From Cyanophora paradoxa CCMP329 (lineage: Eukaryota > Plantae > Glaucophyta): DNA of 64,000 bases. Shown piece by piece: positions 1-12,680 of the stretch; the first letter of the stretch is position 1; each line of letters begins with the position of its first letter. Both the position numbers and the translations under genes were made by a program. The stretch covers positions 248,001 to 312,000 of the forward strand of contig QPMI01000453.1 of assembly GCA_004431415.1 (NCBI GenBank). Reading direction: 5' to 3'. The notes beneath the pieces are model-generated. The model searched no databases. It was not told where the DNA came from and was given only the letters and a program-made list of their open reading frames with translations.

Positions 1-3000
1 GCCCTGCAGCTCCTCTGTGAAGTCACTCGTCGGCTTGCCCAAGGATCTCCACCGCCACCGGTTCTCCCCCTCCTACACGATGTGGTCGTCCAGCTGTGCT
101 TACGTGACGGCACCATTATGTCCGATTCTCGACATTGGCACCGCTCCCGAAGCGAGGAGCGGCGTGTACCTCACGCGCGTCCGCATCGAGGAGGAACGGT
201 GAGAACCTGTTAAATGTTGTCGATCGCTCGCCATAGCTCACTGCCTGATTGCAATCGATAGACGCTGGCACCACAACATCTTCAACATATACAATTACAC
301 GGACATCACTCAACCCGAAATTTTCGTGTTCGCTGGAAATCCCGCCATGCCCTCATACCAAAAGGTATCATACGGCCCTTACGAATGGAGACGTGCGCAT
401 TTTCGTCGGTTGTGCATCTCCGCGGGACTTCATGCTTTATTGTCCCCCCGCAGCGTCGCTCGACTGGAGCGATGAGAAGGGGCTCTACTGGGTCCTCCCG
501 GGCACCTACTATGTGCTCGTCCAGGTCTAGATCTGCAGCTGGCTCTCAGTCGCTCTTCTGACGCTGTTTTGCGTTACTTACACCATGTTGCTCGTTTTCA
601 CTCGCGCAGAGTGCTCCTGTCTATAGAGACGAGCTGCAGCTCTGGTCCGTAGGTCGTGGTCGCGAAGGCATGTTCCGCCTCGACGTACTCGATAACACGT
701 GCGCAATTTCGTATTTAAATTCGCATTTCACCCACTTCAAGGTATGCTAAACGCGTGTTCATGAGCGTGTTTGCAGGTGTCCGCCGTCGAATCCCGTCAC
801 GCTGCAGTCCGACGGCACGTGCCAGTACGCAGACTTTCCCATCTGCGGAAGGCAAACGCTCGTCTCAACACCAGAGAACTCTGTCGGCCTAAACCAGTCC
901 GTTCTCTTTGCCAAGGGCGGATTTAGTGCCTTCGTGCCGTATCCAGGGCAGGCGATCCGTGACCTGGTCCTGCGGGTCAACGTCCCGCTGTCTGGAGCAA
1001 TGTACATTCCTTGCGCGTTCCATCAAGTGCAAGATGTGTCGACGCATGTTTTCATCCTCGACAACTGTCCCTCGTCACCTCAAGCGCACGTGCTTGCCGG
1101 TTTGTGGGTGTCATCGCCCGGGGCGGCCAATCTATCTTTGTATCTGCAACTGATGGCGACCACAGGACAACAATGCGAATATTATGGCAGCGGTGTGGGG
1201 CTTAACGGTCCGAAGAAGCTGCTTCCCGGCACCTACTATGCCGTCTACCTCATGCGTTCCTGGAATTCAAACGCCGCATCCCGCACGTACTACAATAGAT
1301 TTGCCTTGTCCTACAGCTTCGGGGCGCCTCAAGAAGCCGGGTCGTACTGCCTGCGTGGAATCAGCCCGCCTGCTAGTGCGCTTCAATTCGGGTTACACGT
1401 ATATGCGTATAAACGGATGCGAACCCTGATATTCTGCGTTCATGATCAGGCCCCTCGTGCAACGCGGCCGTGGGAGCCGCGCCGCTCCCGTACTGCGGCT
1501 CTCGCCGCTCCTCGCTGCTGGGCCTGCCGAGCGTCTTCGGCAACGCCGGGAGCACGGCCGTCTTTGAGCTCACGGACCTCGGCTTCTCGCGGTGCTATCT
1601 AATCCTCCTTCATTCAATACCCACCCGCAATATATATATATATATTAATCTCCCGCTCAATTTCCTGCTTATGACCGGATCTCCGGACCGGATCCTATAT
1701 ATACGTATACATACAGAGTTAACAATAATCATCCATTTAATATCAGTACTAGTATCCTTATTTATAGCTTTGCTATCTTACCTCCCCCGCGCTTACTCGA
1801 AGCGCCTGCAATCCTCAGAGTGGGCACATACGTGAGCATCTGTTCGCCCGAGCTCGACTTCGTCCCCACGCTCTACATCTACCTCGGCTGCCCGGGCAGC
1901 CAAGGCGCCGAGCGCCTCTACCAGGGTGACCTCTAGATCTGATGTTCCCTCTAGATCTAGATCTTTGACTGCAACTTGACGTGTCCGCGGCCGCCGCAGT
2001 GACGGGCTGCGACACGAGCGTGACGGCCTTTCACACTCTGCCCGTCGGCACCCCCGTCTATGTCGTTATCGAAGGCAACGCTTTCACATTCGAGCCTACG
2101 CTTCAATGTCCGACGGGGGCGGGACTTACTTGGGAGGCGTATGTGCAGGTGTCATTTCGGGCGACCGTTTCGGAAACTTCACCATCAAGGTCTCACGAAT
2201 CTCGCATTTCGACCGTTTGAATTTAAATTTCAAGGCATCTGACTTCGCACCAGGTGACCGACCCGGACTGTGACGGCTCCTCCATCGGCGCCGGCTCGGG
2301 CTCGGGCTCGGGCTCGGGCTCCGGCGGCTCGGGCTCGGGCTCTGGCTCGGGCACCGGCGGCTCGGGCGCGCCGCAGCAGTGCCTGCCGTACTCCCCGCCC
2401 GTCGACTACTACGACATTCCGGTCCGAATTTGTGAAATTGGGGAAATGATTCGGGTTCCGTTCCGACCGGGGCGCAGTGCCCGCCGCCGATGACGCTCTC
2501 GCGCCTCGCGCCCGTGCGCCGGGCCGACGCGGGCGCCACCTTCTGCGGCGCCGCCGTACCCGACCTCAAAGCACGCCCGGCCGGCCGCGGCCACCTTGAA
2601 TTTCCTAACTTTTCCGCGCGCGCAGACGCTGCTGCTGGCAGACTGGGGCGCGGACGTGAGCCTGTGGCAGAGCGAGGCGCCGGGGCAGGGCCTCCTCCCC
2701 GCCATCACCTCGTACCCTTCCAACTCCGCCTGGACCGCCGCCGGCCTCCCCACGAGCCACTCCGGCGTGCACAGGGTCGGCCTCCCCCCTCTCCCCCCGC
2801 CCCTCCTCCCCCCCCAGACCGCCTTCGTTCGCAGCTGTCGTTCAACGTGACGAACGGGTCGGGGAGCGGCCCGCGGGGCGCCTGCGACCTCGAGCTTCGC
2901 GTCGTCGACAACGACGGGCCCTTCGCCCGCGCCGTGCGCAAAGTTTTAGAGAGGGCCGGGGCGCCGCCGCTACGGAAGCCTGCGTCTTAGCTGACGGACC

Positions 3001-4035
3001 CGGGCGCGTGCAGGGGTGCCCGGCGCGGGAGCAGGAGCTGCTGGCGAGCGCCGGCCAGTGCTCCGTCCCCGCCCCGAACCTCGCCAGCGACGTCACGGTG
3101 GCCCCTGGAGCCCTGCCCCTAGCGCCCAGGACCCGCAGCCTCTGACGCGCGCGCGCGCCGGCAGTTCGACGCCTCGTGCATGCGGCCCGTGAGCGGGACG
3201 GCGACGGCCGCCCAGAGCATCGCCCCCGGCACCCCGGTCTGCCCCCCCGCCCGTCCCGCTCGTCCCCGCCCGACGGGGCTAACGTTTAACGTTGTATACG
3301 AACAACGCAGCTCGTGCTGGGCGACACGTACGACGTGAAGGTTTTCTCGAGCGCGTACCCCGCCGGCGCCGCCTGCTCCGTCCGCCTGCGCGTCCGGCGC
3401 GCCGCCGCGCCCGCCATCGCCCCGGGCGCCGCGAGCCCCGCCGAGATCGCCGGCGTCGTCGGCGGCTCCCCGGCCCCCGTCCCCGTCGACCTCAGGTGCC
3501 GCCCCGCCCCGCCCCCGCCTCCGCGTCGCGCCTCCGCCCTGCGCCGCCGACGCGGTCGGACGCGCGCACGCCGGGCAGCTACTCTTTCGGGGACGCGTGC
3601 AAGGACCACGCGCGCGTGTGCCGGCTGGCCGTCCGCGCCGCCGGCGACCCTGCGGTGGGCGTCGCCGGTTCCCTCGCCACCCCCGACGGCTCCTCCATCC
3701 AACTCTGGAACCAGGCGAGCGCCTGTACCCCCACCCGCCCCGCCGCCCTTCAGACGCTGAGCGGGCGACGGGCGGCAGACGTGCGCGGGGGAGCTGCGCC
3801 GCGTGCACCTGAGCCCCTACATCCGCCCAGAGTCCGCCCCGCCCCGCCCCGCCCCGCCCCGCCCCGTCCCGCCCGGTCCTGGGCCCGGCCTCGTGCCTCA
3901 CCCACACCTGCGCGTGGCAGCTCGACGGGGGCGGCGGGGACGGTGGCGCGGACGTACCAGGTGGCGCTGACGTGCGCCTACGGGCCCGGCCTCGCCGCCT
4001 CCGTCTCCTGGAGCATCCCCGTCCGCCGCCCGTAG
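1..4035 (+). CDS. 3' part (C-terminal extension) of subtilisin-like protease paralog A; multi-exon, 5' end lies outside the window
   Basis: Reverse-complement paralog of 5600-9570 (position 1 aligns to 9570). Exons include LPGTYYVLVQ, LPGTYYAVYL, a GS linker (2290-2370), GACDLELRVVDNDGP, and terminal VALTCAYGPGLAASVSWSIPVRRP* with TAG at 4033-4035. Confidence 0.75.
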
Positions 4036-4375
4036 CCGCCGCGCCGCGACCGCCCGATCGCAATCGATCGCGCGCGAGTCGGACCGGAGTTTCGAGCCTC
4101 GAGCTCAGATCGTAGAAGTAGGTTGAAATTCCGTCGACGTAGTTCGGTGCTCGCGGCTGGCTTGCATTTCGTAGGAAACGGTTTAGTTGACGTTTATTAG
4201 GATGGTTTTCCTGGACCTGGAGCCGGGCCCCCGCCGAGGGCTCGACAATTTTAGTTTGTGGCATTCGTGAACCAGAGCCAGGATGAATTAGTTGTCATTC
4301 CAACGTTCTCAAATCCAATGCTGGAATGCTGTATATGCAGAATTCGAATGTTAATTGGATTGAATGTCGATGGCC

Positions 4376-5244
4376 CAGTGCTTTAAAACAGGTTTACTAG
4401 AGGGGGGGGGGGGTCGGTTGGAGGGGGGAAGGGGGCGGCCGGGCGCGGCCGGCCCGGCGGCGCCGACCCTGCCGCGGGGTGCCCCCAACGCCGCGCGCGC
4501 CGCCCCCGGAATCCGAAAAATTCGAACTCTCAGCTGCAGTGACTCTAGATCTAATTTTACTAACGCCTGTTTGAGCTCGTAAATTACGATCTCGAGCTCG
4601 GCTAAGCGTTGGCGAAAATTCAATGATTTCGGACTACTTCTGATTATGAACGGAACAGAAACATGTACGCTGCAGTTGCACTGCCCCTGTCGGAGGGGAA
4701 GTACCATTAACTATTGAGCAGGAAAGGTCCTGATAGCAGGTCGGTGCTTTTTCTGAAGTGGGTGAGGACGAGACTCTGATCATGAGATCTCAGAGTCTAA
4801 ATCATTGAATCTTGAGAAGAGAAGCATAGCCTGCGAACACAAGAAAAAGACCCGTTCCAAACTCTCAGGAGCGCTTTTTTGTGTACCCGGTACAGCGGGT
4901 ACTTGGAGGCGGCCTAGCGGGCCACCCCGTACACTGTGCCCCTAGGCCTCCGGTCTCGGCATGTATGTGCATGTCATGATCATGAATCGTCGTGCTCATC
5001 AAGAGCATTCCGAAAGTTCAGGCGCACTCAGCTATAGTCCGGCTTATAATTATACATATACATCACCCGGCTTATTTTTTCGCACAAATGTGTTATTATA
5101 CCCATTCTTGATCCAGGCGGGACTTGGAGGGAAATGCCTCTCTAGGACCCGGCAAGAAAACTCGGCTTTTGGAGGTCAGGAGGAGGACACCCTGAGTGGA
5201 GGAAGGGGAAGGAGGTCCTTCCCCAAAAATGTTTGCAATCACTG
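4376..5244. mobile_element. Putative non-autonomous hAT-like TIR element (MITE-like) forming the palindrome spacer
   Basis: Left end CAGTGCTTTAAAACA (4376-4390); right end reverse complement CAGTGATTGCAAACA (5230-5244); 12/15 match. The CAGTG...AAAC pattern is typical of hAT TIRs. No coding capacity. Flanks are inverted copies rather than a direct TSD. Confidence 0.5.
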
Positions 5245-5599
5245 GGCCATCGACATTCAATCCAATCATTAAATTTTAAATCAACATTCGAATTCTGCAT
5301 ACACAGCATTCCAGCATTGGATTTGAGAACGTTCGAATGACAACTAAATCATCATGGCTCTGGTTCACGAATGCCACAAACTAAAATTGTCGAGCCCTCG
5401 GCGGGGGCCCGGCTCCAGGTCCAGGAAAACCATCCTAATAAACGTCAACTAAACCGTTTCCTACGAAATGCAAGCCAGCCGCGAGCACCGAACTACGTCA
5501 ACGGAATTTCAACCTACTTCTACGATCTGAGCTCGAGGCTCGAAACTCCGGTCCGACTCGCGCGCGATCGATTGCGATCGGGCGGTCGCGGCGCGGCGG

Positions 5600-8500
5600 C
5601 TACGGGCGGCGGACGGGGATGCTCCAGGAGACGGAGGCGGCGAGGCCGGGCCCGTAGGCGCACGTCAGCGCCACCTGGTACGTCCGCGCCACCGTCCCCG
5701 CCGCCCCCGTCGAGCTGCCGCAGGCGCGCTGAGTTAGGCGCGAGGGCCCGGGACGGGGCGGGGCGGGCGGGGCGGACTCGGGGCGGATGTAGGGGCTCAG
5801 GTGCACGCGGCGCAGCTCCCCCGCGCACGTCTGGCGCACGGCGCCCGCTCAGCGGCTGGAGGGGGGCCGGGGCGGGCAGGGGTACAGGCGCTCGCCTGGT
5901 TCCAGAGTCGGATGGAGGAGCCGTCCGGTGTGGCGAGCGAGCCGCCGACGCCCACCGCGGGGTCGCCGGCCGCGCGGACGGCGAGGCGGCACACGTGCGC
6001 GTGGTCCTTGCACGCGTCCCCGAACGAGTAGCTGCCCAGCGCCCCCGATCACCTCGCGCAGGACGCAAGCGGTGGCGGGGCGGGGCGGGGTACCTGAGGT
6101 CGACGGAGACATGGGCCGGGGAGCCGCCGACGACGCCGGCGATCTCGGCGGGGCTCGCGGCGCCCGGAGCGATGGCGGGCGCGGCGGCGCGCCGGACGCG
6201 CAGGCGGACGGAGCAGGCGGCGCCGGCGGGGTACGCGCTCGAGAAGACCTTCACGTCGTACGTCTCGCCCAGCACGAGCTGCGTTGTGCGCGGCCCGTCG
6301 GCCGGGGCCGGGCGGGGCGGGCCGAGCGTCGGCCGTTGCCGGGCGGGGCGGGCGAGGGCCGGGGACGGACCGGGGTGCCGGGGGCGATGCTCTGAGCGGC
6401 CGTCGCCGTCCCGCTCACGGGCCGCATGCACGAGGCGTCGAACTGCCGGCGCGCGCGCGCGTCAGAGGCTGCGGATCCGCGGCCTAGAGGCAGGGCTCCA
6501 GGGGCCACCGTGACGTCGTTGGCGAGGTTCGGGGCGGGGACGGAGCACTGGCCGGCGCTCGCCAGCAGCTCCTGCTCCCGCGCCGGGCACACCTGCACGC
6601 GCCCGTGGTTGTCAGCTGAGACACAGGGGCAGGGCAGAGCTACGCGTGCTTCGGCTTCCGAAGTAGTGGCGCCCCGCCCCCCTCTAATCTCTCTCCAAAA
6701 GGCGGGCGCGCACGGCGCGGGCGAAGGGCCCGTCGTTGTCGACGACGCGGAGCTCGAGGTCGCAGGCGCCCCGCGGGCCGCTCCCCGACCCGTTCGTCAC
6801 GTTGAACGACAGCTGCGGACGAAGGAAGTGGGTGGGTGGGGTGGGGGGGGGGGGGGGGGGGGGGGGAGGAGGAGGGGGGGAGGAAGGGGTGGGGTGGGGG
6901 GGAAGGCTGACCCTGTGCACGCCGGAGTGGCTCGTGGGGAGGCCGGCGGCGGTCCAGGCGGAGTTGGAGGGGTACGAGGCCACGGCGGGGAGGAGGCCCT
7001 GCCCCGGCGCCTCGCTCTGCCAGAGGCTCACCTCCGCGCCCCAGTCGGCCAGCAGCAGCGTCTGCGGGCGCGGGAAAGTTAGGAAATTCGAGGCGGCCGG
7101 TGGCGGTGGCCGGCCGGGCGTGCCTTGAGGTCGGGTACGGCGGCGCCGCAGAAGGTGGCACCCGCGTCGGCCCGGCGCACGGGCGAGAGGCGCGAGAGCG
7201 TCATCGGCGGCGGGCACTGCGCCCCGACCCGACCCGTCGCATCAGAGCCCGAGACATTTCCCCGATTTCACAATTTCGGACCGGGATGTCGTAGTACTCG
7301 ACGGACGGGGAGTACGGCAGGCACTGCTGAGGCGCCCCCGAGCCGCCGGTGCCCGAGCCCGAGCCCGAGCCGGAGCCGGAGCCAGAGCCGGAGCCCGAGC
7401 CGGTGCCGGAGCCGGCGCCGATGGAGAAGCCGTCGCAGTCCGGGTCGGTCACCTGGTACGTATTCAGAGCCTTGAAATTAAAATTCATATACTCGAGATT
7501 CAGATTCGTGAGACCTTGATGGTGAAGTTTCCGAAACGGTCGCCCGAAATGACGCCTGCACGCGCCCCCCAATTAAGTCCCGCCCCCGTCGTAAATTGAA
7601 GCTCAAGAAATTGCCTTCGACTACGACATAGACGGGGGAGCCGACGGGCAGAGTGTGGAAGGCCGTGACGCTCGTGTCGCAGCCCGTCACTACGGCAGTC
7701 GCGGACAAGTCAAGTTGCAGTCGAAGAGATTTAGAATATCATATGTAGAGGTCACCCTGGTAGAGGCGCTCGGCGCCCTCGCTGCCCGGGCAGCCAAGGT
7801 AGATGTAGAGCGTGGGGACAAAGTCGAGCTCGGGCGAGCAGATGCTCACGTACGTGCCCACCCTGCGCAGGTCGCGATCATGAGCAGAAATAATGGATCA
7901 GGCCCGGGGATCCGGTCGTGAGCGGGAGATCGCGGGGGCAGACTAAGCAGATTAATAGTAAATGCGCACCGCGAGAAGCCGAGCTCGGTGAGCTCGAAGA
8001 CGGCGGTACTGCCGGCATTGCCGAAGATGCTCGGCAGGCCCCGCAGCGAGGAGCGCCGCGAGCCGCAGTATTGGACCGGCGCGGCGCCCACGGCCGCGTC
8101 GCACGAGGGGCCTGAGCGCAGAATTATCAGGCTTCACGACTGATTATAACACGCGTAAACCGAAATGAAGCGCACGAGCAGGCGGGCTGATTCCGCGCAG
8201 GCAGTACGGTCCGGCCTCTTGAGGCGTTCCAAAGCTGTAGGACGAGGCATATGTATTGTAGTGCGTGCGGTTTGCGGCGTTCGAATTCCAGGAACGCATG
8301 AGGTAGACGGCGTAGTAGGTGCCGGGAAGCAGCTTCTTCGGACTGTTAAGCGCCACGCCGCCGCCGCCGCCAGAATAATAATCGCATTGTTGTCCTGTGG
8401 TCGCTATGAGTCGCAGATACAAGAATAGATTGGCGATGACGCCCACAAACCGGCAAGCACGTGCGCGTGAGGTGACGAGGGACAGTTGTCGAGGATGAAA

Positions 8501-11500
8501 ACATGCGTCGACACATCTTGCACTTGATGGAACGCGCAAGGAATGTAGATCGCTCCAGACAGCGGGACATTGACCGGAGGACCAGGTCACGGGTCACCTG
8601 CCCTGGATACGGTGCAAAGGAAGACATGCCGGCCTTGGCGAAGAGAACGGACTGGTTCAGGCCGACAGAGTTCTCCGGTGTCGAGATGAGCGTCTGCCTT
8701 CCGCAGATGGGGAAGTCTGCGTAATGGCACGCCCCGTCCGACTGCAGCGTGACCGGGTTCGACGGCGGACACCTGCGAACACGCTCATGATCACGCGTTT
8801 CGCATACCTTGAAGTGGGTGAAATGCGAATTTAAATACGAAATTGCGCACGTGCTATCGAGTACGTCGAGGCGGAACATGCCTTCGCGGCCACGACCTGC
8901 GTTCCAGTACTGCAACTCGTCTCTATAGACAGGAGCACTCTGCGCGAGCGACAACGTCAACGAGCAACATGGTGTAAGTAACGCAAAATGGCGTCAGAAG
9001 AGCGAATGAGTGCCAGCTGCAGACCTGGACGAGCACGTAGTAGGTGCCCGGGAGAGCCCAGTAGAGCCCCTTGCCATCGCTCCAGTCGAGCGACGCTGCG
9101 CGCGCGCGCTATTATTACGTATATGTTTCCGCAACATATATTGCAGAAGAGCGCGCACGTTTCCAGTCCGATCCCAAGAAAGCTCCCGATCCGTACGAAG
9201 CTTGTTGGTACGAGGGCATGGCGGGATTTCCAGCGAACACGAAAATTTCGGGTTGAGTGATGTCCGTGTAATTGTATATGTTGAAGATGTTGTGGTGCGA
9301 GCGTCTATCGATTGAAGTCAGGCAGTCAACGATTGCGAGCGATAGACAATATATAACAGAATCTCACCGTTCCTCCTCGATGCGCACGCGCGTGAGGTAC
9401 GCCCCGCTCCTCGCTTCGGGAAGGGAGCCAATGTCGAGTCTCGGGCAGAAGCTTGTGGAACGGTAATCGCAACCCAAGCTGTACATGCCATTCGGGGTGT
9501 AGGGGTAGAACTGGTGGCGGTGGAGGTCCCTGGGGAGGCCCACGAGCGACTTGATCGAGGAGCTGCAGGGCGCTGTCGCCCCGTGGAAGAGCGTCGAGTT
9601 GTACGCCGGAGGCCCGACCACGTTCGTGGCGCCTGGGCATACCACCGCTCGTCAGTATCAAGTGGAAAGTCATGTCTTAAGGTTGCAGCCGTCCTGGAGC
9701 ACCAGGGAGGTTGAGGGCCTGCGTGTTGAGGAGGCGGTTCTGGCCCCCCTTGAGGCCAACCGGATCGATGGCGGACAGAGAAGCACCCAGGAGTGCAGTC
9801 TCGACAGCCTGCATGCGCATCCGCGACTCACGGTCAGCTCTGTGCATCGTTTCGCTGCCTACAGTGCGGGCGCTCCGAGCGCACCGACACGGTCGCGGAT
9901 GGGTTGGCGCTGCGGTAGAGTGCGGCCGTGCCCGCGACGAGGGCCGCGGCGTACGATGTTCCGTGCACGACCGAGAGGCTAATGTCCATGGGGTTCCACA
10001 GGTACATGAAAGCAACAGTGTGAGAAGAAGTTGCGGGATTGTAAAAGGTGATGTCCTGACGGTGATCCACTGTGGTGATGGGCATCATGGCCGCCGCACG
10101 AATGTTCTGGCCAGGAGCGAGCATGTCCACACAACTACACAATTGCGAAATATATTTCATGATATTGATCATACGTGTCTCGTGCGCCAAGCAAAAAGCG
10201 GACCTGCCCCAGTTGGAGAAGCCGGCGCGGTAGTCGTCCTGGTCGCTGGCGCCGACGTTGATCGCCCCGGGCGAGTTGCCGGGCGTCGCGTCGCAAGCGT
10301 CCGAATACTGGTTCCCCGCCGCCTGTACAAGGGAACAGTCGATGTCAGCACGGTCGGCGGAGTGTGGGCTGCCGACGGCCGACGGAGTGTGGGCCGAGCA
10401 CCGTGACAGGGAGAGCGTCCACCGCGCGGAGGCGAGCGAATGCATCCGTGTACGCGGGGTTGACCTTGATAACGCCCAGTGTCAATTAGACTAGACAAGC
10501 AAATTGAAGGCGTTTGATTCGAACTAGACAAGCAAATTGAAGGCGTTTGATTCGAACCTTTAGAAGGGTACCGGAGGACACGACGGTGGACGAGAGGGCA
10601 ATGAGGACAACAGCCTTGTTGCCGGTGGCGCTGCGCTCTTGAATCTTGGAGATCGCAGCGTCGATGCCGGCGATGACGAGGCTGTCCGTCGTTGCAGCGG
10701 CGCAGGCGCTGCTCGGGTTCGAGCGCTCCTCCCTCTCAAAGACCTTCAGCGAGAAGACGGTCGCGTTGGGCGCCGCGCCGACGGTCGATCCTGCGGCGAC
10801 CTGACGATGCGGACGCGAGCTTGTGAGAACGACGAATGCCATAGCGACGTGTCAGTTTAAGAGCGTGCGCACGGAAGCGACAGCTGTGCCGTGGAGGCTT
10901 TCGGAGCAGTCGTTCGCAAAGTTGACGGAATCCACGTCGTGCAGAGGTACCTGTGCAATGGAATCGAATCTCCTCACAGAGTTGCGGTGTCTTGGCAGGG
11001 CGGACCACGCGGCCTGGGAGCTGCGGGTGGTCGCCGCGCACGCCCGTGTCGATCACGTAGATGTCCACCCCCGCGCCGTTGGCCGTGCCGCGGTCGAAGC
11101 GCCCGTCCAGCGTCATCCCGCCCGTCGTCTGGTCCAGCCTGCGCGCAATTGACTTCGTGAACATGGCATTACGAATTCATGGGGACTAGTACTAGCCTGT
11201 CGAGGTGCCACGGGGTAGACTCCAGGTTGGCTCCGGGTACGAACGTCGTATATGACGCCTGATAGTTGTTCCAGCTCGTGGTTATGTTACCGTTGGCACC
11301 CACGTCCGCCCAGGGCATCGAGGGGCGGGCAGTGTAAGAAGGAGAAGACGAGGAATACATATTGTTAAAAGTATGATCGCTGATCCGGCCGACGGTAAAG
11401 TCCGGTGTCGGCACGTCAGTCCGAATCGCAAACCCTGCGCCCTGCGCAGGCTCCACGACCTGCGCGAACGCCCCCGTCTTCAGCGAAGCAGCGCGGCCGG

Positions 11501-12680
11501 CAGCGGGCCCGAGGCATCTAGAGCTAGATAAATCGACAGAAAGAAACTAGATTTAATTATATAATATCGATCCAGCACTATGTTCGTGCAGCTTAGAGCT
11601 TGGCGGGTCACGCACTCGGTCCGGGGCGACGAACTTGACGCGCTCGTGCTTCTCCAGCTCCGCCTTCACCTCCGGCGACAGCCTGAAGGGGGGTCGGTCA
11701 GGGGCAGAAGGGTAGAGGCAGGGGGAGGGGTTATGGGCCCAGGCAAGTTAGGGCCGGGCGCAGAGGAGGAATGGGGGAGAGAGGGGGGGGGGGGGGGGTC
11801 GGGGGGGGTCGGGGGGGGGGGGGCGGGTAGGAGGACGAGATCACGGGAAGAGAAGCAGGGTAGGGGGGGGGGGGGGGGGGTTGCACGTGGTGGCTAGGGA
11901 AGCAAAAGAGCAGGGTGGTTAGCCGTGGAGGGAAGACGAAAAGAGGGGCCGGGGGGGGGCGGGGGGGGGGCAGACAGCTTTGGCCCCCGGGGGGAGGTGG
12001 GGGCGAGGGGGATGGGTGTCGGAGGAGGCGGGCGGGGGCGGAGAGCTCAAGCCCGATGAAGGGAAGGGGGGAGCGCACCGGGCGGAGAAGCCGCGGAGGG
12101 CGTGGGAGAAGGAGCGGCGGAAGCGGACGCGCTCCTCGTGGGCGGCGCCGTGGTGCCGCCGGGCGGCCGCCCGCGCGTGCCCGCGGACCGCCTCGGCGTG
12201 CTCCTCCGTGGCGCCGTCCTTCAGGGCCACGATGTAGTGGCCCTCCTGCGCCGCCCGCAGCCGCTCTACCTCCTCGCGCCGCGCTTTGTCCGCCTTCGCG
12301 CGCTCGAGCGCCTGACGCTGCGCCGCCTCGTCTGCGAGGACCGCGTTGGCGGGGCCAGGGGCGCGTTTCGAAGCAAGCTCAGGAGGAGAGTACCGTCATC
12401 CTTGGACTTCGGGGGCCGCTGCGGGTTCGCGTGCGGCGCGCCTTCGCCTCCTTCGTGGGCCGAGGGCTTCGACGACTCGAGCTTCTCCAGACGATCCTGC
12501 AGCTTCCGGAGCAGATCCTCGTTCGCCGGTTGCGCAGGCGCCGCCTCTGCCGCGCGCGCGCACTGTCAGCGGCGCGGAGTCGCGGCGCGGTTTGAAATGC
12601 GCAGACAGCGGACCCTCGTGAGAGGACGCGCGCGATGCCGCGCCGTGGTGCTTGTCTGCGACAGGAGAGCGGGCCATGCG
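5600..12680 (-). CDS. Subtilisin-like serine protease (proteinase K/S8A type) with I9 propeptide and long C-terminal extension; paralog B; start codon uncertain
   Basis: I9 propeptide YIVALKDG...SHALRGFSAR / LSPEVKAELEKHERVKFVAPD (12240-11615); TPWHLDRL; catalytic Asp GVDIYVIDTG (~11055); His LHGTAVAS (~10890); oxyanion AAGN (~10315); FSNWG..CVDMLAPG; catalytic Ser HGTSYAAALVAG (~9955); stop at 5600-5602. Confidence 0.88.
10490..10555. repeat. Perfect 33-bp tandem duplication at the start of a subtilisin intron
   Basis: actagacaagcaaattgaaggcgtttgattcga occurs at 10490-10522 and 10523-10555. Confidence 0.9.

Larger units (their letters stand above)
1..9570. repeat. Large inverted (tail-to-tail) segmental duplication: arm A 1-4380, arm B 5240-9570, ~860 bp spacer
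   Basis: 4261-4380 is the reverse complement of ~5240-5375. Mirrored ORFs 3119..4264(-) and 5371..6513(+) share ~115 near-identical residues. Mirrored exons continue to the window start. Confidence 0.95.

Noticed and set aside
3119-6513. Twin ~380-aa ORFs starting MPQTKIVEPS on opposite strands
   Set aside because: They are antisense to the subtilisin last exons and 3' UTR and are Arg/Gly/Ala-rich; their identity simply reflects the inverted duplication.
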